64,000 nucleotides of DNA from a virus. Both the position numbers and the translations under genes were made by a program. The DNA lies in IMG/VR virus record IMGVR_UViG_3300043773_002340, positions 7,913-71,912 of that record; one strand, 5' to 3'. Position 1 is the stretch's first letter; every line of letters starts with the position of its first letter. Below, one piece after another: positions 48,819 to 59,000 of the stretch. The notes beneath the pieces were generated by a model. The model was given only the letters and a program-made list of their open reading frames with translations. It had not been told where the DNA came from and ran no database searches.

Positions 48819-48846
48819 GGGATCACCTCCTTAGTAACTAGCCTTA

Positions 48847-49902
48847 TCAGGCCAGAATGTTGGTGATCATCGCGCCAGAACCGATCAGACCGGTGGTGCC
48901 AAGGCCCACAGGGTGCACAGCGCGCTCGACGGTGATCTCAGCGCGGACCACGCGACGCTCACGGATGTAGTACTCAGGACGCACGGCAGGGGTGCCGGTC
49001 AGCTGGTAGGTGTAAGCGAAAGCCGGAGTAGCGGCGTTAGCACCACCAGCAGGCATCACAGCGTCAGAAGGACCATTCGGGCTATAGAACAGCAGGACGC
49101 CGTTCTCAGGGAACACGGGCAGCAGCTGACCGTTCTCGGCCAGATAACGACCCTCAGCCACGCGGATGCCGCGCTCCAGACCGAAGTAACGAGCAAGCAT
49201 GTCCACGTCGATCGAATCGGCGGTGGTGTACTTGATACGCTCGAGGATGCTCTGGTTGGTCAGCAGTTGGTCGAAGATCGCAGTACCAACGATCATCGAG
49301 TTCGGGCGGATGCCGATCTGGTAGGAGACGGCACGCTTTAGGGTCAGAACAGCTTCGATCGGGTTCGAAGTGGGGTCGCTCCAAGGAGCAGCACCAGCAG
49401 CGGCACCGTAGGAAGTCTCAAACTGAGTGAAGGTCTCGAAACCGAGGCCGGTCTGGGAACCAGGAACGCCGCTGTAAGGCTCGTAAGGGTTGAAGGAACC
49501 GGTCACGGTCACGACTTCAGCCACGGTCTTCTCGTAGGCGTTCATCAGGCGGGACATGGCGTTGCGAGTTTCGATCGCACGCAGGTCAACCTGAGCAGGA
49601 CCTTCGCCGGCGTTCTCGATGACTTCTTCGGGAAGTTCCCAAGCCACCACTTCCTGTTCCAGGGCGTAGGGCTCAGAATCGTAACGAGTCTGAACGTAAG
49701 GGATGTTGGTGCCATATGCACGACGGAAGTCGTTGATGGCGAACTGCTCTTTGCCGAAGCGCAGGATGCGGCCGGCACGAGTCGGAGTATCCACAACAGG
49801 CGCGATGAAGTTCGCGATGTTGGTGGAGGGGAGCATGAAACCTTGTGCCAGCGTAGTCAGAATAGGATCTACGCCCGCATAGGTTTGGGCTAGGTTCATC
49901 AT
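48847..49902 (-). CDS. Major capsid protein
   Basis: VDPILTTLAQGF...IAPVV...ILRFGKE.F...RRAYG; WSDPTSNPI; IGIRPNSMIVG; strongly biased codons; follows the cement gene. Confidence 0.9.
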   Translation of the reverse strand: MMNLAQTYAGVDPILTTLAQGFMLPSTNIANFIAPVVDTPTRAGRILRFGKEQFAINDFRRAYGTNIPYVQTRYDSEPYALEQEVVAWELPEEVIENAGEGPAQVDLRAIETRNAMSRLMNAYEKTVAEVVTVTGSFNPYEPYSGVPGSQTGLGFETFTQFETSYGAAAGAAPWSDPTSNPIEAVLTLKRAVSYQIGIRPNSMIVGTAIFDQLLTNQSILERIKYTTADSIDVDMLARYFGLERGIRVAEGRYLAENGQLLPVFPENGVLLFYSPNGPSDAVMPAGGANAATPAFAYTYQLTGTPAVRPEYYIRERRVVRAEITVERAVHPVGLGTTGLIGSGAMITNILA

Positions 49903-49943
49903 GGGAGGGAGTACTCCGTAAGTCTATAAAGATGATTTCAACG

Positions 49944-49997
49944 GGTTGCAACCGCTTGGACTTACACCCCGAAAGAGTAGCCAAGCGGTGAGCAACC
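49944..49997 (-). other. Long intergenic RNA hairpin upstream of the major capsid gene
   Basis: GGTTGC/GCAACC and ACCGCTTGG/CCAAGCGGT stems, capped by a TTCG loop on the minus strand. Confidence 0.7.
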
Positions 49998-50004
49998 AGA
50001 TTAC

Positions 50005-50433
50005 TCAGCTGAACGAAACTGTCACCATACGGCGACCACCGATGTCGATGAGATCGCGAATGGTGGGCACAGTGCCGTCGGCTTGAACAGCGGTGCCGGA
50101 AGCCGAAGCTTGACCGATGGCATTCACCAGCAGGGGGCTGTTGAAGGCGATAGGGCCGGAAGCGGGATCCACTTCGATCAGCAGCAGACCGGATGTGGCG
50201 ACAGTGGCCAGACGGGGGCTGGCAGGAGCGTCAGCGAACAGGGGGATGAAGGCTTGGTTCACACCCAGGATGGTGGTAGGAGTTGCGCCAGGCAGGGTGC
50301 AGATGCCCATGGAGGCACCCGCGCTCACGGCACGGAATTCACCGATGGCGACGGAAGGGTCGGCGGTGAAGGTTTCGGCGAAACGGATGTACTGCTTGCC
50401 GTAAGCAGGAGCAGCGTTAGTCGAAGTAAACAT
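50005..50433 (-). CDS. Capsid cement/decoration protein (DUF2190-like)
   Basis: Small Ala/Gly-rich beta protein directly upstream of the major capsid gene; ILGVN...ATVATSG...V...G.A pattern. Confidence 0.75.
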   Translation of the reverse strand: MFTSTNAAPAYGKQYIRFAETFTADPSVAIGEFRAVSAGASMGICTLPGATPTTILGVNQAFIPLFADAPASPRLATVATSGLLLIEVDPASGPIAFNSPLLVNAIGQASASGTAVQADGTVPTIRDLIDIGGRRMVTVSFS

Positions 50434-50490
50434 GTCTCAATTACGATTGGACTTTAATGTTGGCAAACGTGGGTTTACCAGTTGGAATGG

Positions 50491-50498
50491 TTTTACCC
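50491..50498 (-). promoter_or_regulatory. GGGTAAAA motif (putative late promoter)
   Basis: Directly after the upstream stop; heads the cement-capsid-tube unit. Confidence 0.7.
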
Positions 50499-51272
50499 CT
50501 ATCGGTACTCAATTCGACACCTGCAGCGGTCATAGCACCGACAGCCCTTGCCGGGCATCGGAAGCGAGCCGAGAGGCTGCCATCCTGAAGCGTCGTAGTT
50601 TTTGCAGTCAGGACACACGCGTGGGTCGTGTCTCGAGATTCTCCTCATCTCCTTGTATCCACCATCCTGTTTGTCCATAAAGACGCCCAGTTGGAAGAAA
50701 CTGTAAGCGGGAGAAGAGACGTAGCGAAGAACACGACCGAACAAAGAAGGCCAGGTCTTACCGACCGCCCTTTTCTGAGTCGTCTCAATGGAGGCCTGCT
50801 CAGCGGGTGATGTATCCATCCACTCTTCCGGAAAATCCGGGTCAAGATCGGGATCCACGTCTAAAACTCGGTTGAGATCAGGATCGGCAAAATCGAGAGA
50901 GTCGTCTCCGTATTTGAGAGTGCCATCATCTAAATAGTCCTTGGTTTCTTTTAGGAAGACGTTAAGAGGAGGGAGCATGTCGCCGACGATCGACGGCCAC
51001 GCTTTCTCCATTTTTTCTTTCGGCCGACCGCTGCCCGCTCCGAGATAGACCGCCGCGAGAGCAGAAGTGAGGGTTTTGTCTACGAGAGCACGTTCGTACT
51101 CATCGAATTTCATCTGTCGGTCACGAAGACCTTTGACGATGACTCGACCCTCAGCCTCCATCCTCGCCTCCAGCTTGCCGAGGTCTGGATATTTTTTAGC
51201 CAGACGCTCAGCTTGCTTGTAGTAGGTCTCTCTCTGACGGGTGGCTAGGCCAACCATCGAGAGAAGATCCAT
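50499..51272 (-). CDS. Minor head protein (Mu gpF/SPP1 gp7-like C-terminus)
   Basis: D.RVCPDC...GWQPLGSLPMPG..CRCYDRCRCRIEY. Confidence 0.7.
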   Translation of the reverse strand: MDLLSMVGLATRQRETYYKQAERLAKKYPDLGKLEARMEAEGRVIVKGLRDRQMKFDEYERALVDKTLTSALAAVYLGAGSGRPKEKMEKAWPSIVGDMLPPLNVFLKETKDYLDDGTLKYGDDSLDFADPDLNRVLDVDPDLDPDFPEEWMDTSPAEQASIETTQKRAVGKTWPSLFGRVLRYVSSPAYSFFQLGVFMDKQDGGYKEMRRISRHDPRVCPDCKNYDASGWQPLGSLPMPGKGCRCYDRCRCRIEYR

Positions 51273-51273
51273 C

Positions 51274-53850
51274 TCAGGAGTACATTGCCTTCTTCAGGGC
51301 CTCGACGTAGTCGAGCTCGCCGCCAGACTTCTCTACCATCGAGAGAGCCTTTTGGTGAGGGTCCAGGTCCACCTCATCCACGAACTTCATGGAACCACCA
51401 GCGTACTCGCTGAAGTCCACCAGGTTGGGAAGACGATCCAGGATGCTGAACAGCAGGCCAGTGGCGGTCTCACCTTCGGAGAACTCCATGGTGCCGAACT
51501 CCAGACCTTCAGCGAACTCCATGAGTTTTTTCTCGGGGATGATGGAATCCACCATCTTGCCTTGCTCATAGAGACCTTCGACGAAGCTGTGAATCTGATC
51601 GCGACGACGAGCGATCTGAGCCTCACGGTACTCGTGCTTGATGCGAGCGTTCTCGGCTTTCAGGGCCTGCAGCTCGGCGTAGAACTCACTGAACTCCTCG
51701 GACTCCGAGTAGTTCATCTTCTTGCCACCCTTCTTGCCGCAGTCCTCTCCCATTTCCATCTCATCTTCATCGTAGTCGCACCCTTCTTTGTAGGTGGATC
51801 CGAATCCGGTCTTGGAGTAGGGGTTCTGGTCCTTCTCATGCTCGGCATAGCCGGTGCTAACACCGCTGGGGCCTGTCTCTTCAGCCACGCCACCTTCGAA
51901 CTCGCCCGAGAGCATGTCCTTCTTGGAACGGGGCATGCCAGCTTGAGCATCGACTTCGTTGTGGTCTTCGGCGAAGTGACCCTTTTCTTTCACTTCCATC
52001 GCACGCTTTTTCAGCGCGGGGGGAAGCTTGTCCATCTTGCTCTCGGCATGATCATCGGACATATGCTCCTCTTTCTCCTTCATCTTTTTCTTGATGAAGT
52101 CGGGCATTTCCTTGTGGTCGGCACCGCCGGTCACGCCGGAAGGACCTGTCACCTCTGCGGGCTCTTCGTCCTCATCGGAGTCGAAAGCACCAGGAGTCAG
52201 GGCTTTCTTACTGGACTTGGGCTCACCTTTGTAGGACTCAGCGTGCTCAGCGTAGACTCCACCGGACTTCAGAGTTGTCTCGTTAGGACCACCCTCGAAC
52301 TCGCCGGAGAGTTGCTTTTTCTTGCCTTCGGCATAGACGCCTTCCTTGCCAGTCACCTCAGCAGGCTGGGGCTCGGCATAGTCAGCCATCACGGAACCAG
52401 GGATACCACCACCGTGAGACTTGGGCATCTTCTCGCCGCCCTTGATGTACATCACACGAGCGTTCTTGGCCTTAGCGACGTTCTCCACGCCAACGGCGAA
52501 GATCTCGTCATCGGGCATCTCTTCGGTCTCAGTTGGGACCTTGGTCTCACCATCGACACGACCAGCAGGATTGCTGCCGGAGGCTGCTTCAGCATCGTTG
52601 ACGCCGTAATCCACGTCGTCATCGTACTGGTTGTTGTTCATCATTTGATCGCGACTCATTTCGTCGTACCGTCCTTCATCGTCAGGGTCAACATAACGAC
52701 CGGTCTTACGACGGTCTTCTTCGATCTCATTGTTCTTGGCAGGGGGACGACCAGCGTCATGCTGCTCTTTGCCAGTCGAGATCTTGTCACGGCCGAAAGT
52801 GGCCTTTTCAGGAGTGGTCTTGCCTGTTTTGTAACGATCGGCCTGCTGCTCACCGCTCTTGGCGGTTTCGTAGCGGTCGTCGCCGTTGTAGCCGCCTTTA
52901 GGGCCGCCTTCGGCGTAGTTCACCTTGCCGGGCTCCATGCGGGGATTCCGCATTTTGGGAGCGTCGGCGCCACGCTCTTCGTGGTCAGTGTGCATTTCGT
53001 CTTCGTCTTCTTTGTAGACGTTCTCAACCACCTGCGACACTTGGCCGTGGGGGGTTTTCTTCTTTTTCCGGCTGATGCCTTGTTCTTCCATGAATTCGTC
53101 CTTAGGGAACTGGTCTTCAAGATCTGCGACTGACCGAGCGTTATCCCCACGGCGTGGGCGTTCGGAAAAGTTTGCAGGGTTGCTGGGGTTTTCGATTTCG
53201 GATGCGTTGTCCTCTTGCTCCTCCACCTCAGCCGACGTGTCTTCCACTTTCTGTTCCTCCGGAGTTCCGACGGCGTCCGCGACAGCGGCACGCATCTCAC
53301 CCCTGGCGAGATCAAGTTTCTCCTTGAGCATTTCAAGGGGACTCAAGTCACGAACGAGAGTTGGTCCCAGGTCCTTGTCAAACACCGTCATCGGATCGAT
53401 GGCTACGGCGAAGTCATAGACTCCGACGCGCTGATCCCATTCGGCAAAATTGAAGGGTTCCAAACCTTTCACCGCAGGGGGAGCGGCACCAAGCAGCGCC
53501 AAATGGCGAGCGGTCCACTTTCCGGGATGCGGATTGATTTGGGAGTCTGGGGAGTAGAAGGAGATAGACACCTTTCGATAGTGTCCATCTTTCACCAGGT
53601 CTTTCGCTACGTCAGTAAACGCAACGTTTGCGTACAGGTTATCACCCTGACGTTCAAAGCCTTTGATCCACCCGTATGAAGGCAGACTATCAGAGTCACC
53701 CTGATGACCAAGCACAAGAGGTGCTTCGTGAATCTGGGGATCGTAGGAGGCAACGACCTGGTCTAGGTCTTTGGCACTGAAGCTTCGGGCCACACCCTGA
53801 GCTGACGTTTGATCGCCAGCCATAAACACATGAATGCGTTTTTGGAACAT
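51274..53850 (-). CDS. Prohead protease/scaffold (Mu gpI-like), with long acidic insert
   Basis: IHVFMAG; EAPLVLGH; PSYGWI; YRKVSISFY; HLALLGAAPPAVKGL; C-terminal coiled coil and YVEALK. Confidence 0.9.
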   Translation of the reverse strand: MFQKRIHVFMAGDQTSAQGVARSFSAKDLDQVVASYDPQIHEAPLVLGHQGDSDSLPSYGWIKGFERQGDNLYANVAFTDVAKDLVKDGHYRKVSISFYSPDSQINPHPGKWTARHLALLGAAPPAVKGLEPFNFAEWDQRVGVYDFAVAIDPMTVFDKDLGPTLVRDLSPLEMLKEKLDLARGEMRAAVADAVGTPEEQKVEDTSAEVEEQEDNASEIENPSNPANFSERPRRGDNARSVADLEDQFPKDEFMEEQGISRKKKKTPHGQVSQVVENVYKEDEDEMHTDHEERGADAPKMRNPRMEPGKVNYAEGGPKGGYNGDDRYETAKSGEQQADRYKTGKTTPEKATFGRDKISTGKEQHDAGRPPAKNNEIEEDRRKTGRYVDPDDEGRYDEMSRDQMMNNNQYDDDVDYGVNDAEAASGSNPAGRVDGETKVPTETEEMPDDEIFAVGVENVAKAKNARVMYIKGGEKMPKSHGGGIPGSVMADYAEPQPAEVTGKEGVYAEGKKKQLSGEFEGGPNETTLKSGGVYAEHAESYKGEPKSSKKALTPGAFDSDEDEEPAEVTGPSGVTGGADHKEMPDFIKKKMKEKEEHMSDDHAESKMDKLPPALKKRAMEVKEKGHFAEDHNEVDAQAGMPRSKKDMLSGEFEGGVAEETGPSGVSTGYAEHEKDQNPYSKTGFGSTYKEGCDYDEDEMEMGEDCGKKGGKKMNYSESEEFSEFYAELQALKAENARIKHEYREAQIARRRDQIHSFVEGLYEQGKMVDSIIPEKKLMEFAEGLEFGTMEFSEGETATGLLFSILDRLPNLVDFSEYAGGSMKFVDEVDLDPHQKALSMVEKSGGELDYVEALKKAMYS

Positions 53851-53932
53851 GACTCTTACTTAACAACGACGGGTTTATTGGGGGTGCGAAACTTTGTCTC
53901 CCCTGGTAGTTTCCGTCGAATGACTGAGAGAG

Positions 53933-53940
53933 TTTTACCC
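53933..53940 (-). promoter_or_regulatory. GGGTAAAA motif (putative late promoter)
   Basis: Directly after the portal stop; 82 nt upstream of the protease ATG. Confidence 0.65.
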
Positions 53941-55356
53941 TCAACCAAAGATTTCGTTGTAGAGATCATCATCGTCAGATGATTCTGAAACGGCTTCATC
54001 TTCGGTTATTTTCTCATCTCCAAAGGGTTTCTCTTCACCGCCGAAGATCTTGTCATAGAGATCACCGTCTGCCTCAGGATCGTAAGATTCTGGAGTTCCT
54101 TCGACCTCAGCTTGAGGCGCCGCGGCTTGGAAATCCTCTTCATCGGCTAGGTCAACTTTGAAGTGATTTTGAATCCATTCTTTCTTCGGTTTGTAGCCCG
54201 ACTGAATCATTAGGCTCACGTCAGCCATCGTCAAGGTGGATTCTTCGAGACGGAATTGACGACTGATTGTTGGTGCCTCGACATTGACACCGAAGTTCAG
54301 ATCGACGATCCAGCGGATGAGGGTGTCGCTCAAAGTCTGTGAAATCAGCTGGGAAAGCTCGGAAGCGCGGATGACACGGACCAAGTTTGCCACCTGAGAA
54401 GAAGCACGAGAGCCAGCTTCGGCTGTGCCTGCTTCATCCTCACCACACACCAACAGGGAAATCTCCTTGTCGATGTACTCGATGAGATTCATGAAGATAT
54501 CAGCTGAACCTGACGGATTGAGGAATTCGAGTTCGTATCCCTCAGGTAGAATCATCGCTGTCTCTTGAGACAGGTTGGAGAGGTGGTCGTACAGAGTGTC
54601 GATCTCAACATTGGAGGCTGAGAGAGGAGCTTTTGCGATCGCGGTTGGCGTTGCGTAACGATCGCCGTACAGAACATAAGACTCGATAGCACGACGACGA
54701 AACTTAACGATCGGATACAGAATCCTGCCCAGTCCGGTACCATAGGGATCTCCAGTGTGCGAGAGCCAATAACGTTGAATGATGAACTTGCGAGCGGGAA
54801 GCTCGATGCCTTCAAACATTCGGTTGAAGGTCAGCACACGCATTGTGAAACCGGTGTCGGCTTCTTCCGATTCCTGGAACACAAAACGACGCTGGTCGCG
54901 GATGCGAACATCAAATGGGATGATGCCCTGTTTCGTCTTCTTCCACATCACCTCACCGACGGAGAATCCACAGACGAGCGCCTCACCGAGTCCTTTGTAG
55001 AGATCGTCAATGTCGAGAGAGGAAAGTGCCTGCTCAACGTAGTCCTTGACGGCAAGATCGCCCGGCTTTTCGGAAGCGGGGGTGATGAGCCAGTCTCGGG
55101 CTGTGATCTCCTGCATCAGTTTCATGAACGACGCCTGGACTGAAGAGTCCCACAGTAGTCGTTTGTAGATGACGAGGGCGCGGTTGCCGCCCTTCTGAAT
55201 GATGAGGTCGTCATCAGGTCTGACAATGGTGTTCCCCTGTCCCGTGAAGGGAGAGGAACTGCCGAACATGTAGATCGACGATAAATTGTACGGATCGGTT
55301 GTATACTTAGCGACTTCACCCTGTGGAACGGGCGGGATTTGGAAACGTTTCGCCAT
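53941..55356 (-). CDS. Portal protein (DUF935/Mu gp29-like)
   Basis: GFSVGEVMW; LPARKFI; PYGTGL..ILY; RYATP; ILPEG..LEF; ISLL..G; GSRA..QV; LIRWIVDLNFG. Confidence 0.92.
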   Translation of the reverse strand: MAKRFQIPPVPQGEVAKYTTDPYNLSSIYMFGSSSPFTGQGNTIVRPDDDLIIQKGGNRALVIYKRLLWDSSVQASFMKLMQEITARDWLITPASEKPGDLAVKDYVEQALSSLDIDDLYKGLGEALVCGFSVGEVMWKKTKQGIIPFDVRIRDQRRFVFQESEEADTGFTMRVLTFNRMFEGIELPARKFIIQRYWLSHTGDPYGTGLGRILYPIVKFRRRAIESYVLYGDRYATPTAIAKAPLSASNVEIDTLYDHLSNLSQETAMILPEGYELEFLNPSGSADIFMNLIEYIDKEISLLVCGEDEAGTAEAGSRASSQVANLVRVIRASELSQLISQTLSDTLIRWIVDLNFGVNVEAPTISRQFRLEESTLTMADVSLMIQSGYKPKKEWIQNHFKVDLADEEDFQAAAPQAEVEGTPESYDPEADGDLYDKIFGGEEKPFGDEKITEDEAVSESSDDDDLYNEIFG

Positions 55357-55727
55357 TAGATGCTCAGGGTGAATGAGAGTTGCGGTTGCGGAACTCCGTT
55401 GATGTAATATGTGATGATGACTCTATATAAACCACTGTCAGAGCCGGACCAATCGCCAGTGACGGTCACAGCGCTCAATTCCGGAACATCTTGTTCGATG
55501 GCTTGTTGAAATTGAGAGTTGATGACCGATGGCTTTATGACTTGGAAGATGAAGTCGTCTGTGCCATAGCTCGCTCTCATCACTCGCTCATACCAGCGAG
55601 TTTCAACGACCGAAAGCACGTGTTGACTCACGAGATCGAGATCTGCGGAGACAGCAAGACTGCCATTCGATAGTGTGAGGGGATATGTCAGCCCCTGAAT
55701 TCTTGGCTGAAGCGGATTAACACTCAT
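55356..55727 (-). CDS. Baseplate wedge protein, T4 gp25/P2 gpW-like
   Basis: GLTYPL...QHVLSVVETRWYERVMRASYG. Confidence 0.85.
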   Translation of the reverse strand: MSVNPLQPRIQGLTYPLTLSNGSLAVSADLDLVSQHVLSVVETRWYERVMRASYGTDDFIFQVIKPSVINSQFQQAIEQDVPELSAVTVTGDWSGSDSGLYRVIITYYINGVPQPQLSFTLSI

Positions 55728-56032
55728 CGACGATACCGTTTGGCCATTTCAGAATTGAGTTTCATCATGCGGGAGCTTTTCTCCCTGAGGTCTATCTTTG
55801 CGTCTGCCACTCTTCCCAGTTCCTCGCGGAGTTTGTCAAGCGGCAGAGAGATGTAGAGGACTGGTTCGAACAGCTCGTGTCGATGTTCGGTGTGAGTCTC
55901 AGGTTCCCTTTCTTCGGACTCTTCAAGAATGCGGGCGCAGAGGGCGCTCAAAGAGACGCCCTCCATTGCCGCACGTTGTTTGAGCTTCGAGTGAAGGGAA
56001 TCCTCGACGTTGAATAGAATTCGTTTCGCCAT
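55724..56032 (-). CDS. Ribbon-helix-helix DNA-binding protein
   Basis: KRILFNVEDSLHSKLKQRAAMEGVSLSALCARIL (Arc/HicB-type RHH); alternative start 56047. Confidence 0.8.
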   Translation of the reverse strand: MAKRILFNVEDSLHSKLKQRAAMEGVSLSALCARILEESEEREPETHTEHRHELFEPVLYISLPLDKLREELGRVADAKIDLREKSSRMMKLNSEMAKRYRR

Positions 56033-56046
56033 GGATTCCCCTTTCA

Positions 56047-59000
56047 TCAGATAGCGTTGTCTTGACCGACACCGATTGCGTCGAGCTCGTTCTGCATGTT
56101 GCCGATGGCGACACGGATGAGATCGACTTCGATGCGCTCCAGTGTAGGCACTGGAACCACGAACACCTTAGCGTGAACGATGCCAGCTTCCAGCGATGCG
56201 GAAGTCTGGATGCGCTCGTCGCAGATGACCTGGAACGCCTGAGAAGGCCGGTATCCGAACAGAGCTCCACGGACATACAGCTCGTTGAGGATGCTGTTGC
56301 CGATGGAGATGATCTTGTTGTAAACGAGGCCGAAACCGTCGATCACGTTGAAGATCTGGCTGTCGAAGGCGCGACGCAGAGAACCATAAACCACGTTCAT
56401 GATCACGCGAGTGTTCACGAACTGGAATTGGCGCTGTTCGGCGTCCTGCTGGTTGATGCGTGTACGGCCACCCCAGATGAACACGGTCGAACCGTATCCA
56501 GGCAGTGTGCGGCAGACATTGCAACCACGTGGGTTGAGAATGTCTTGCTGGGTGCTGTTGATCGGGATCTGAACAGCGGACACACCATTGAGCGGGAACT
56601 TGACGCCAGCGGGCGGATACTGGAACCCTTCGCTGCGGTAGCGGCGGATGGCCACACCGGTAACGTATGGGCTGGCAGGAATCCAAGCGCCGGAGCCGTT
56701 CTTGAGATAAGGGCCGTAGTAGGCGATGAAACCGCGGGGGTTGTAGTACTGCTGACTGTCGTCGAGCAGCTTCTGAGCATCGTCGATACCGGTGGCGACC
56801 AGCACACATGCGGGAACACCTTCGTTGAAGGTTCCACGCAGGCCGTAGTCGACCAGCTCTTCGGATGTCACAGCGTTGAAACGCCACAGGTTGCCCGGGG
56901 CTTCCTTATAGGCATTGTAACGCAGGGACAGGGAAGCACCCCACAGAACACGCTTAACTCCACCACCGTCAGTGTAAGTCGGGGTGATGTAAGCCTGATC
57001 GGAACGGTCGTTGGCGACCAGAGGCGTGCAGAAGAAGCTCTGTGTGTCTTGATCACCCAGGATCAGATCGCCCAGGAATCCAGCGTTGTCGGGATTCGGG
57101 ATGCCGGCGTCGAACTCACCATAGGGAGAGTAGTACTTCTCGTCGGGTTGATTCTCCACGCGGTAGAAACCGAGTGTGTGAACCAGACCTTGACCGGCAG
57201 GTCCTGTCAGGGGATCGAGGTTTGCGGGATAGAAGGTCGGCAACACGTTGAAGGTGTTGAAACCATACTTACGACCGCGGATGATGTTCACCACACCCTC
57301 ATTGTTGTAGAGGCTGGTGTTCTCAGGAGCGACAAGCAGTCCGCTGTAGGATAGCGTAGTCTGTCCAGCGGTAAATCCGCCCGTCGGGAACTGAATGAAG
57401 ATCCGGCTATTGAGGTTCGTCAGGGTTGTGGCCAGACGGAACTGATTGCCATTGATCACACTCACGTAGTACTTCACAGAAGCCTGAGAAGTCGAGGCGG
57501 TCACCAATGTTCCACCGGTCGCCTTAGTAATGGGAGCGGTGAAGTAGATGACGGAACCGTTCACCAGACCGTGGTTGAGACATCCGAACACGACCGGGCT
57601 GTTGGCCACCGAAGGATTTTCCTTGGTGAGATCAGTCTCGGCGAATGTCCGAGTGAACTGGGCCAACTGATAGTCCTCTGTGCTATTCTGGAGTGTTCCA
57701 GGCAAGTGCAGAGTGTTCAGATCGAGAACGTTATTGCTGTCGTTCAGGATCAGGTCGGAAGTCTGACCGTCGATCTCCACATAGAGGTCCCAAGCGGGAA
57801 CTTCGTAGGTGAGGACGCCGGTGCCTTTGGTCTGCAGAGTTGCGAAACCAGCGGCGGAAACCAGTGGCGAACCGCCGGTGAAGACCAAGGTCAGAGGCAT
57901 GTCAGCCTCAGTGTAACCGGAGCCAGCGTTGGTGATTTCCACATCCACGATGCCGAAACCGAGCACAGTAGCGCCGGAAGCCGGAACAATCGTGTTGCCC
58001 GAATCCAGCGGCGAGGCCGTGAAGGTCAGCGAAGGTGCGGTGAGATAGCCAGCGCCTCGGTCGGCGATGGTCACACCCGACACGGGGAAGCCCTTAGTCG
58101 CAACGGCTGTGGCCGGAGCGGAGGGGTTACCGCTAGTGAAGGACACAGAGACCACGTCAGTCGCGGCGTAGCCGGAACCGCCAGAGGTCAGGCTCACCGA
58201 AGCGACAGCACGTCCGATGGCATAGGTCAGACCAGCACCCGAACCGAAGGAATCGGAGGGGTCGTTGATCACGCTCACCAAAGCGCTCTCATCGTAGCCG
58301 GAACCGCCAGTGTTCAGAGTGACCGAAGCCAGGGGGAATCCCTTGTACACGGTAGCAGTTGCTCCAGCGCCTGTGGTGTCTCCACCAGCCGGAGTAATGG
58401 TGAGTGCGACAGGGTCAGCAGCCGTGTATCCGGAACCAGCGTTGGTCACGGAGATGCTGGCCACAGCTTTACCGATCGCCACGGCACCTGCGACAGCGCC
58501 TGCACCGGTGGTATCACCAGGGGCGTTGGCAAAACCAGCCGAAGCGGTCGTGTAGCCCAGACCGTTGGTTCCCACGGTGACAGAAACCACGGCGTAGCCG
58601 AGGGTCACAGTCAGTGTCGGAGCAGTGGTCCAGTTTGTGGGGTCGGAGTCAGTTACGGTACCGTAGCTGCCTGCCAGAGCCAGGTTCACGTTGGCCTGTG
58701 TCCAGCCAGAGCCGGCGGAGCCGACACTAAACGAGGCGACAGAGCCAGCATCGATGACATAGTCGATGACGATGTCAGTCTCAGCACCAGCACCAGCGAG
58801 GGTGATGGTTCCACTCAGGCTAGGGGCAGAAGCGACTTCACCAGCGGAAGCCACGACAGCGGCGCCACCCTCAGTCGCGAGAACTGCAGTAGCGGCGGCA
58901 CTAGCACCGTCACCAGCGAAGGAGACGATAGGGGGCAGAGTGTAGCCAGATCCACCGTTGGAGACCGCCACAGTTGCCACACCGCCGGAAGCGGCGAGGA

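Noticed and set aside
51241-53133. 630-aa plus-strand ORF antisense to the scaffold; likewise 33177..34466, 37898..38890, 46048..46980
   Set aside because: Mirror frames of well-supported minus-strand genes with atypical composition.
55724-56047. HicAB toxin-antitoxin pair
   Set aside because: Only an RHH domain is present; neighbours are structural genes and no toxin is seen.
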